Of a DNA stretch of 64,000 nucleotides, positions 52,701-62,500 are shown piece after piece (the first letter of the stretch is position 1; each line of letters begins with the position of its first letter). Made by a program: the position numbers and the translations under genes. This DNA comes from Nemertoderma westbladi. Lineage: Eukaryota; Animalia; Xenacoelomorpha. The notes below the pieces were generated by a model. That model did no database searches. It saw nothing but the letters and a program-made list of their open reading frames with translations, and had not been told where the DNA came from. The DNA lies in NCBI GenBank assembly GCA_032718475.1, contig JAUCBJ010006887.1, positions 1 to 64,000 on the forward strand, read 5' to 3'.

Positions 52701-55700
52701 CAGATTTTTACAGTAAGTATCCCGCTGTCGAGCGGGCTCCTAAAGTATCCTGCAGATTTTTACAGTAAGTATCCCGCTGTCGAGCGGGCTCCTAAAGTAT
52801 CCTGCAGATTTTTACAGTAAGTATCCACTGTCGAGCGGGCTCCTAAAGTAACCTGCAGATTTTTACAGTAAGTATCCCGCTGTCGAGCGGGCTCCTAAAG
52901 TATCCTGCAGATTTTTACAGTAAGTATCCCGCTGTCGAGCGGGCTCCTAAAGTATCCTGCAGATTTTTACAGTAAGTATCCCGCTGTCGAGCGGGCTCCT
53001 AAAGTATCCTGCAGATTTTTACAGTAAGTAACCCGCTGTCGAGCGGGCTCCTAAAGTATCCTGCAGATTTTTACAGTAAGTATCCCGCTGTCGAGCGGGC
53101 TCCTAAAGTATCCTGCAGATTTTTACAGTAAGTATCCTGCAGATTTTTACAGTAAGTATCCCGCTGTCGAGCGGGCTCCTAAAGTATCCTGCAGATTTTT
53201 ACAGTAAGTATCCTGCAGATTTTTACAGTAAGTATCCCGCTGTCGAGCGGGCTCCTAAAGTATCCTGCAGATTTTTACAGTAAGTATCCTGCAGATTTTT
53301 ACAGTAAGTATCCCGCTGTCGAGCGGGCTCCTAAAGTATCCTGCAGATTTTTACAGTAAGTATCCCGCAGATTTTTACAGTAAGTATCCCGCTGTCGAGC
53401 GGGCTCCTAAAGTATCCTGCAGATTTTTACAGTAAGTATCCTGCAGATTTTTACAGTAAGTATCCTGCAGATTTTTACAGTAAGTATCCCGCTGTCGAGC
53501 GGGCTCCTAAAGTATCCTGCAGATTTTTACAGTAAGTATCCCGCTGTCGAGCGGGCTCCTAAAGTATCCTGCAGATTTTTACAGTAAGTATCCCGCAGAT
53601 TTTTACAGTAAGTATCCTGCAGATTTTTACAGTAAGTATCCACTGTCGAGCGGGCTCCTAAAGTAACCTGCAGATTTTTACAGTAAGTATCCCGCTGTCG
53701 AGCGGGCTCCTAAAGTATCCTGCAGATTTTTACAGTAAGTATCCCGCTGTCGAGCGGGCTCCTAAAGTATCCTGCAGATTTTTACAGTAAGTATCCTGCA
53801 GATTTTTACAGTAAGTATCCCGCTGTCGAGCGGGCTCCTAAAGTATCCTGCAGATTTTTACAGTAAGTATCCCGCTGTCGAGCGGGCTCCTAAAGTATCC
53901 TGCAGATTTTTACAGTAAGTATCCTGCAGATTTTTACAGTAAGTATCCCGCTGTCGAGCGGGCTCCTAAAGTATCCTGCAGATTTTTACAGTAAGTATCC
54001 CGCAGATTTTTACAGTAAGTATCCCGCTGTCGAGCGGGCTCCTAAAGTATCCTGCAGATTTTTACAGTAAGTATCCTGCAGATTTTTACAGTAAGTATCC
54101 TGCAGATTTTTACAGTAAGTATCCCGCTGTCGAGCGGGCTCCTAAAGTATCCTGCAGATTTTTACAGTAAGTATCCCGCTGTCGAGCGGGCTCCTAAAGT
54201 ATCCTGCAGATTTTTACAGTAAGTATCCCGCAGATTTTTACAGTAAGTATCCTGCAGATTTTTACAGTAAGTATCCACTGTCGAGCGGGCTCCTAAAGTA
54301 ACCTGCAGATTTTTACAGTAAGTATCCCGCTGTCGAGCGGGCTCCTAAAGTATCCTGCAGATTTTTACAGTAAGTATCCCGCTGTCGAGCGGGCTCCTAA
54401 AGTATCCTGCAGATTTTTACAGTAAGTATCCACTGTCGAGCGGGCTCCTAAAGTAACCTGCAGATTTTTACAGTAAGTATCCGCTGTCGAGCGGGCTCCT
54501 AAAGTATCCTGCAGATTTTTACAGTAAGTATCCTGCAGATTTTTACAGTAAGTATCCCGCTGTCGAGCGGGCTCCTAAAGTATCCTGCAGATTTTTACAG
54601 TAAGTATCCTGCAGATTTTTACAGTAAGTATCCTGCAGATTTTTACAGTAAGTATCCCGCTGTCGAGCGGGCTCCTAAAGTATCCTGCAGATTTTTACAG
54701 TAAGTATCCTGCAGATTTTTACAGTAAGTATCCCGCTGTCGAGCGGGCTCCTAAAGTATCCTGCAGATTTTTACAGTAAGTATCCTGCAGATTTTTACAG
54801 TAAGTATCCCGCTGTCGAGCGGGCTCCTAAAGTATCCTGCAGATTTTTACAGTAAGTATCCCGCTGTCGAGCGGGCTCCTAAAGTAACCTGCAGATTTTT
54901 ACAGTAAGTATCCACTGTCGAGCGGGCTCCTAAAGTATCCTGCAGATTTTTACAGTAAGTATCCACTGTCGAGCGGGCTCCTAAAGTAACCTGCAGATTT
55001 TTACAGTAAGTATCCCGCTGTCGAGCGGGCTCCTAAAGTAACCTGCAGATTTTTACAGTAAGTATCCGCTGTCGAGCGGGCTCCTAAAGTATCCTGCAGA
55101 TTTTTACAGTAAGTATCCGCTGTCGAGCGGGCTCCTAAAGTATCCTGCAGATTTTTACAGTAAGTATCCCGCTGTCGAGCGGAGTCCTAAAGTATCCTGC
55201 AGATTTTTACAGTAAGTACCCGCTGTCGAGCGGGCTCCTAAAGTAACCTGCAGATTTTTACAGTAAGTATCCTGCAGATTTTTACAGTAAGTATCCCGCT
55301 GTCGAGCGGGCTCCTAAAGTAACCTGCAGATTTTTACAGTAAGTATCCTGCAGATTTTTACAGTAAGTATCCCGCTGTCGAGCGGGCTCCTAAAGTATCC
55401 TGCAGATTTTTACAGTAAGTATCCGCTGTCGAGCGGGCTCCTAAAGTATCCTGCAGATTTTTACAGTAAGTATCCTGCAGATTTTTACAGTAAGTATCCG
55501 CTGTCGAGCGGGCTCCTAAAGTATCCTGCAGATTTTTACAGTAAGTATCCCGCTGTCGAGCGGAGTCCTAAAGTATCCTGCAGATTTTTACAGTAAGTAC
55601 CCGCTGTCGAGCGGGCTCCTAAAGTAACCTGCAGATTTTTACAGTAAGTATCCTGCAGATTTTTACAGTAAGTATCCCGCTGTCGAGCGGGCTCCTAAAG

Positions 55701-58092
55701 TAACCTGCAGATTTTTACAGTAAGTATCCTGCAGATTTTTACAGTAAGTATCCCGCTGTCGAGCGGGCTCCTAAAGTATCCTGCAGATTTTTACAGTAAG
55801 TATCCCGCTGTCGAGCGGGCTCCTAAAGTATCCTGCAGATTTTTACAGTAAGTATCCTGCAGATTTTTACAGTAAGTATCCTGCAGATTTTTACAGTAAG
55901 TATCCTGCAGATTTTTACAGTAACTATCCCGCTGTCGAGCGGGCTCCTAAAGTATCCTGCAGATTTTTACAGTAAGTATCCTGCAGATTTTTACAGTAAC
56001 TATCCCGCTGTCGAGCGGGGTCCTAAAGTATCCTGCAGATTTTTACAGTAAGTATCCGCTGTCGAGCGGGCTTCTAAAGTATCCTGCAGATTTTTACAGT
56101 AAGTATCCCGCTGTCGAGCGGGCTCCTAAAGTAACCTGCAGATTTTTACAGTAAGTATCCCGCTGTCGAGCGGGCTCCTAAAGTAACCTGCAGATTTTTA
56201 CAGTAAGTATCCTGCAGATTTTTACAGTAAGTATCCCGCTGTCGAGCGGGCTCCTAAAGTAACCTGCAGATTTTTACAGTAAGTATCCTGCAGATTTTTA
56301 CAGTAAGTATCCTGCTGTCGAGCGGGCTCCTAAAGTATCCTGCAGATTTTTACAGTAAGTATCCCGCTGTCGAGCGGGCTCCTAAAGTATCCTGCAGATT
56401 TTTACAGTAAGTATCCCGCTGTCGAGCGGGCTCCTAAAGTATCCTGCAGATTTTTACAGTAAGTATCCCGCTGTCGAGCGGGCTCCTAAAGTATCCTGCA
56501 GATTTTTACAGTAAGTATCCCGCTGTCGAGCGGGCTCCTAAAGTATCCTGCAGATTTTTACAGTAAGTATCCTGCAGATTTTTACAGTAAGTATCCTGCA
56601 GATTTTTACAGTAAGTATCCGCTGTCGAGCGGGCTCCTAAAGTATCCTGCAGATTTTTACAGTAAGTATCCCGCTGTCGAGCGGGCTCCTAAAGTATCCT
56701 GCAGATTTTTACAGTAAGTATCCCGCTGTCGAGCGGGCTCCTAAAGTATCCTGCAGATTTTTACAGTAAGTATCCCGCTGTCGAGCGGGCTCCTAAAGTA
56801 TCCTGCAGATTTTTACAGTAAGTATCCTGCAGATTTTTACAGTAACTATCCCGCTGTCGAGCGGGCTCCTAAAGTATCCTGCAGATTTTTACAGTAAGTA
56901 TCCCGCTGTCGAGCGGGGTCCTAAAGTATCCTGCAGATTTTTACAGTAAGTATCCCGCTGTCGAGCGGGCTCCTAAAGTATCCTGCAGATTTTTACAGTA
57001 AGTATCCGCTGTCGAGCGGGCTCCTAAAGTATCCTGCAGATTTTTACAGTAAGTATCCCGCTGTCGAGCGGGCTCCTAAAGTATCCTGCAGATTTTTACA
57101 GTAAGTATCCCGCTGTCGAGCGGGCTCCTAAAGTATCCTGCAGATTTTTACAGTAAGTATCCTGCAGATTTTTACAGTAACTATCCCGCTGTCGAGCGGG
57201 CTCCTAAAGTATCCTGCAGATTTTTACAGTAAGTATCCGCTGTCGAGCGGGCTCCTAAAGTATCCTGCAGATTTTTACAGTAACTATCCCGCTGTCGAGC
57301 GGGCTCCTAAAGTATCCTGCAGATTTTTACAGTAAGTATCCGCTGTCGAGCGGGCTCCTAAAGTATCCTGCAGATTTTTACAGTAAGTATCCCGCTGTCG
57401 AGCGGGCTCCTAAAGTATCCTGCAGATTTTTACAGTAAGTATCCGCTGTCGAGCGGGCTCCTAAAGTATCCTGCAGATTTTTACAGTAAGTATCCCGCTG
57501 TCGAGCGGGCTCCTAAAGTATCCTGCAGATTTTTACAGTAAGTATCCTGCAGATTTTTACAGTAAGTATCCTGCAGATTTTTACAGTAAGTATCCCGCTG
57601 TCGAGCGGGCTCCTAAAGTATCCTGCAGATTTTTACAGTAAGTATCCTGCAGATTTTTACAGTAAGTATCCGCTGTCGAGCGGGCTCCTAAAGTATCCTG
57701 CAGATTTTTACAGTAACTATCCCGCTGTCGAGCGGGCTCCTAAAGTATCCTGCAGATTTTTACAGTAAGTATCCCGCTGTCGAGCGGGCTCCTAAAGTAT
57801 CCTGCAGATTTTTACAGTAAGTATCCTGCAGATTTTTACAGTAAGTATCCGCTGTCGAGCGGGCTCCTAAAGTATCCTGCAGATTTTTACAGTAAGTATC
57901 CCGCTGTCGAGCGGGCTCCTAAAGTATCCTGCAGATTTTTACAGTAAGTATCCTGCAGATTTTTACAGTAAGTATCCGCTGTCGAGCGGGCTCCTAAAGT
58001 ATCCTGCAGATTTTTACAGTAAGTATCCTGCAGATTTTTACAGTAAGTATCCTGCAGATTTTTACAGTAAGTATCCCGCTGTCGAGCGGGCT
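1737..58092 (+). repeat. 56.4-kb satellite/minisatellite array of 24-bp (A) and 28-bp (B) monomers; basic 52-bp AB dimer with variable A runs
   Basis: Begins CTCCTAAAGTAACCTGCAG at 1737 and ends ...GTCGAGCGGGCT at 58092. A = GTATCCTGCAGATTTTTACAGTAA (contains a PstI site); B = GTATCCCGCTGTCGAGCGGGCTCCTAAA (contains a TaqI site; a 27-bp variant lacking one C is common). The 52-bp period was verified at 15061/15113. Roughly 2,200 monomers by length/unit estimate, all in one orientation. Confidence 0.99.
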
Positions 58093-58629
58093 TGTGACGG
58101 GATCATCCGGAGATGAACCCGATTTATCCTGTTTTAGTTCACGCGTCCCCGCCGTGTGAAAGAGTGTAAGTTGAGGTTACTGTTGTTCGTTATATTGTGA
58201 TCTTGAGACGCGATATAGATATAGATATAGATTGATGTTATACACTGACGTTCACAGGTTGACGGGATGACGGTAACTAAAATCCCGGTAATCTGTAATT
58301 GTAACTTACTGTACCACCAGTAACACTGAGATAACTGAGGTAATGTGATTACTGCTTACTGGTTATATCGCACGGTGGCCTTATTGCTACTCAATCGGTG
58401 CCAGCCCCCCTCTGATTGGTTGCTACCCTTGTTGGCGCCCTTTGAGGTGTTCCCGTTCACCCCAGCTATTCTCTCCCTTGTCAGGATACTAACCCCTGAC
58501 CCTTATTGTGTGCTTCTCCTTCCCATTCTGTTGGGGAGACACGAGTTGGTTTGGGACCTAATCTCGTGTCCCCCAATATTGCTTATTGGCTTAACTTTGT
58601 GGAGTATTGGCGGGATTGATTCGCTAACA
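58093..58629 (-). repeat. 3' LTR (537 bp)
   Basis: On the - strand it reads TGTTAGCGAATC...GATCCCGTCACA: canonical TGT...ACA ends with an imperfect 12-bp inverted repeat, immediately after a purine tract. The partner 5' LTR lies outside the window, so the direct repeat cannot be confirmed. Confidence 0.82.
58363..58419 (-). promoter_or_regulatory. Candidate LTR promoter: CCAAT box and TATA-like box
   Basis: On the - strand, CCAAT (58415-58419) lies about 50 nt upstream of ATATAA (58363-58368) in the middle of the LTR. Short motifs only. Confidence 0.3.
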
Positions 58630-58638
58630 CTCCCCCCC
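58630..58638 (-). other. Polypurine tract (plus-strand primer site)
   Basis: GGGGGGGAG on the - strand directly precedes the LTR TGT, matching the G-run PPT usual for BEL/Pao elements. Confidence 0.8.
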
Positions 58639-59130
58639 ATGCCATCTTCCCGGTGAAGATAGCATCAAACCATAAAGTGCGTTACAATCCCGCTGGATCC
58701 CGATCTAGCATCGGACGTGGGGTGGAAATCTTTTCTTTTGGAGTCGGCTTTCCAGGCCGCTCCCTATGGGTATGATGTCACTACCCTCTGGCGTCTCGTG
58801 TCGGGCCGATCGTGCGCTTCTCTCACACAATTTTTGTTTCCCCAACACTCTCACCATTCTAACTTCGCTCTCTAACTCAACTCGCTCTCTCCCCACTCTT
58901 ACACTCTCCCCACACCTGAATCGCACTCTTAACTTCTCGCCAACAGCTCTTCTCACTATTTCCTCTCTAATCTCTGCCACTCTCTAAGGCCCTGACCTCT
59001 AATGCTACCCCTGTGCTATCATACTATCTACCTTATCTAACTTACTAACTCTAACTATCTAACTCTACTAACTACTAACTCTACTCTCTGCTAACTCTTA
59101 CTACTTTTAGCTCTGACTAAAATCCTCCAA

Positions 59131-59290
59131 CTAACTCTATCTCTATCTACGTGGCGCTAACGGTGCCCACAACCACAACCGGTACTACGTACCCTCTTAC
59201 TAACTCTATCTCCATCTACGTGGCGCTAACGGTGCCCACAACCACTCTACCACTGCTACTTTCTACGTGGCGCTTCCGGTGCCCACGACC
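59131..59290. repeat. Direct repeats in the 3' non-coding region of the retroelement
   Basis: CTAACTCTATCTCYATCTACGTGGCGCTAACGGTGCCCACAACCAC at 59131 and 59200 (69-bp spacing), plus a degenerate third copy TCTACGTGGCGCTTCCGGTGCCCACGACC near 59262. Confidence 0.9.
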
Positions 59291-59519
59291 CCCCTACTAC
59301 TACTCGTGGCATGACAATATGCCACACTCCCTTACCCCGCCGCCTTCTAACTCTACTCTCCTATCTTCGAATTACTTCTTACTTCTACTAACTATTATTT
59401 TTAATTATTTAATTATTTATTATTATTTATTTTTAATTAAATAATTAATTTCTTGTGGGAAGGGCGTCTCGCCCTCATTCCCACCCCCCTCAGTCCAAAA
59501 TATTGGACGACTAAACCTC

Positions 59520-62500
59520 TTAACTAGGGCGATTCTTCCAACAGGCACTCTCCCACTGCTGATCTTGTAGGTCCTGTAGAATTCGCCGCACTCTCTTCGC
59601 CAATTCCATCTCACCAGGAATTGGTTCTCCCTCTTCTGCCACTCTGAAATCGGGTCTCTCCGCCCCCTTCTTAACTATCTCGCCCTCTGGCGTCAAAATG
59701 CCACCTCCCTCCTTGTTGTCTCCCGCCGGCAGAATGAATAGAAAGTGAAAGAACAGGCAAAACAGAAGGTAGAATAATAGTCCTATCCCTTTCCATCCTG
59801 CCTTCCTTCTCGACTTCCCCCTTGTCGGTATGCCTCCAAACCGGACCTGCGTCTCTTCCGGACACTCCTCTGGACACTCCCCCGGAGTGTTGTCCTCCGG
59901 ACACCTCGCCATCCGCTCCGCTCCATCTCCATACCGATGCTTGCTGGGAAACCTACTCTCCTCTGCCCACTTTCTTACTGTCACCTCCCTATCTGGATCT
60001 ACTATCTCCTGTTTCTCCTCTTCGTCCTCTGCGCCTGCGGTGCCTGGTAACATGCACCCTGATGTCTCTGTCACACTGCATGGGATCTTAGTTTTAACTG
60101 GGCCGCTAAGCGTCCATCCGAACGGCGTGAGGATCGCCGTCGGATCCCGCTGCCTGTCTTCGCCGAAGACCGTCTTCATCCTCTCATGGGCCGTCGGGCA
60201 GTCCATTCCTACTATAATGGACACCTTCCTAACGTCCACCTTTGGTATTGAGAAATCGATACCGTCCAGGAATCTATACTGCTCGACCTCAGTGTTGGTT
60301 GGTCGCCTGGCGTTGATGTTTATCGATTCGATGACGTGGATGGGGTCGATCGTCGCCCCATAGCCGCATCCCGGTGCAATCGCTGCTATCCTGCACCGCC
60401 CCGTCCTCGTCTCCAGGACCTCATCTTTACTCGAGACGGTAGTCACCGCCATTCTATTCGGCCTTGTCTTTAGCCCTATCTCTTCGGCCACCCAGTTCTC
60501 CACCAGCGTGAAGGCTGCTCCGCTGTCGACCAGCATTAATGTCGTTACTGATCGACCGCCCTCTCCTGATATCTTTACTGGTACTACCCCGAGTAGTACT
60601 TTTCTCTTCTTCTCCTCTTCTGTCGTGCTTGTGGCCATTGCCTGGCCTCCAGTCTCGGACTCTCTGACTGCTGTTTCTCTACACTCTCCGGACCTGTGTC
60701 CTTCTACCACACATCGATGACATAGTCCGTTTGCGTCTGTGTAGGCTATACGATCTTGTTTGGGCAACGCTTGCCAGTGCTTACAACTCCTGGTCTTATG
60801 TGTTCCGTCCCGGTGTAATTGACATTCGAATCCTGGATTATAGCGTTCCCTGTATAGTCCCTCACGTATCGCGCGTAGGTTTATATGTACCGATTTAGTG
60901 TTTTGGTTGTCTGTATTCGGCCTACTGGGTACATTGGGATTATGTTTATTTATGGTGTTATTTTCTTTCTGTCCCTGCCACGGTGTGGCCCTGCTACCAG
61001 CTAACTGTGGACTAGCAGTCCCCTGTGTGGCCGCATGTGGTAGTGATTGTCCTACTCTCGAGAATGGATCTGCAGGATCGTGTTCGGGTTTATGGCTTGT
61101 CCCCAAACTATCCTCGCTATAGACTGGGTCTGTTATTAATTCGGCTTCATAGTTCAAGAAGCTCGACATCTCTTCTAGGCCCGGTTCCACACCCTTCTCT
61201 TCCCGTGTGGAGAAAGCGATTTTCCTCCACTTCCTTCGTAACCAGATCGGCAGTGCCTGCGCTATCGTGGTGATGTTGTTAGACGCGTTGAGTTCGTATG
61301 GTGCGTCCAACGTCTTTAACACGATCAGCGCCTTTTCAACTTTGTTAGCAAACGTCTTAATGCTAACGGGATTATCCTGTAGGCCACCCGTTGTTATGCC
61401 TCTCAGGGTTTGCCTGATGATCTTGGCTGGGTGCCCGTATTCCCTGTCCAGTGCCCGCCATGCTGTCGTGAAGCCCCCTTCTATACCCTGGTATTGCCTC
61501 ACGATGTCGTATGCTGGGCCTCCCGTGTATACTTGCAGATACTTTAGGCACTCCGCCTGCGTCAAATTTTTTGTTAGTATCTCGTTGCTATACATGCGCC
61601 GAAACTGAAGATATTCTTCCGGCCTACTCCCATCGAATTTGAATGGTTCCACGGGTGGTAACTCGATCCTTGTTTTTAACGCATCGATTAACGTGGCCAT
61701 CCCCACTGCTTGCGCCTCTAATGGGTTCGATGGGTGTTGCATGGTTTCCCTTGCTTGGTGCGGTCCACCCGTTCTATTCTCTGCTCTCCTCTGACTTGGG
61801 TATATCATTGGGGGTAGCGGCCCCCTCCATATTTCTGTGTCACACGATTTGTTTTCGTCCAAGGGATTCGTTCTCGCTTCTATCGGGGTATATTGTTGAT
61901 ATTGCGATGGGGGAATGTCACCCTGCCCCCCCCCCACCAATATGTTTGGTACTGGGGTTGATGTTAATATATTGGGGCCCATGCATTTATCCGCAATAAT
62001 TCCCCCCTCCCCTGGGTATATGTTATAACCTTTGGTGCTGTAGTCATACTGCTGCACTGGTACCGGTATAGGCCTATCAGCTTCTGGCCTACCTACCGGA
62101 ATGTATTCCGCGACTTCCGGGTCTAATCCCGTTGTCCGCGCTATCCTATCGCCTACGGTGCTCCTGTCAGCATGGCCTACGGTATGTGCAGTAAGGCCTG
62201 CAGTATGTCCTACAGTCTGTATGTGCTCGGAAACGAAGTTTATTCTTCTCGAATAGTCCTCCCCGCGGCTACCGTATTCTCGATCGGTAGGTACATCCCG
62301 ACGGAAAGTTTCCCTTCGACCCCCTCTGTTGCTCTCTTCTTCGCGTCGGTACGTCACGTACCTCTCTCTCGGCGCGTAGTGCGCCTCGTCGGGTCGCGTC
62401 TCTCCGGGACGACGGCAATCTCCCGTAGTTCGACCCCACCGACTCTCTTCTTCCATCTCAATCACCGACGGCTCACTATCCGTCCTCACTCTTCTATCGT

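Noticed and set aside
1737-58092. CRISPR array (24-28-bp repeats with a hairpin)
   Set aside because: No unique spacers, only two monomers alternating; no cas genes; eukaryotic retroelement context.
1737-58092. Telomerase-type terminal repeat array
   Set aside because: Internal, flanked on both sides by non-repeat DNA, lacks G-strand bias, and shows block duplications typical of recombination.
58212-58232. (GATATA)3 repeat inside the LTR
   Set aside because: Short simple repeat with no evidence of separate function.
58345-58656. 103-aa hydrophobic + strand ORF
   Set aside because: Lies antisense within the LTR, has a non-ATG start and no recognisable motif.
59030-59140. CTAACT/CTA-rich tract resembling telomeric repeats
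   Set aside because: Irregular, with no true (TTAGG)n or (TTAGGG)n tandem; ordinary strand-biased retroelement UTR.
60519-60529. TCCGCTGTCGA in the protease DSG codons matches satellite unit B
   Set aside because: Only 11 nt with no flanking similarity; compatible with chance.
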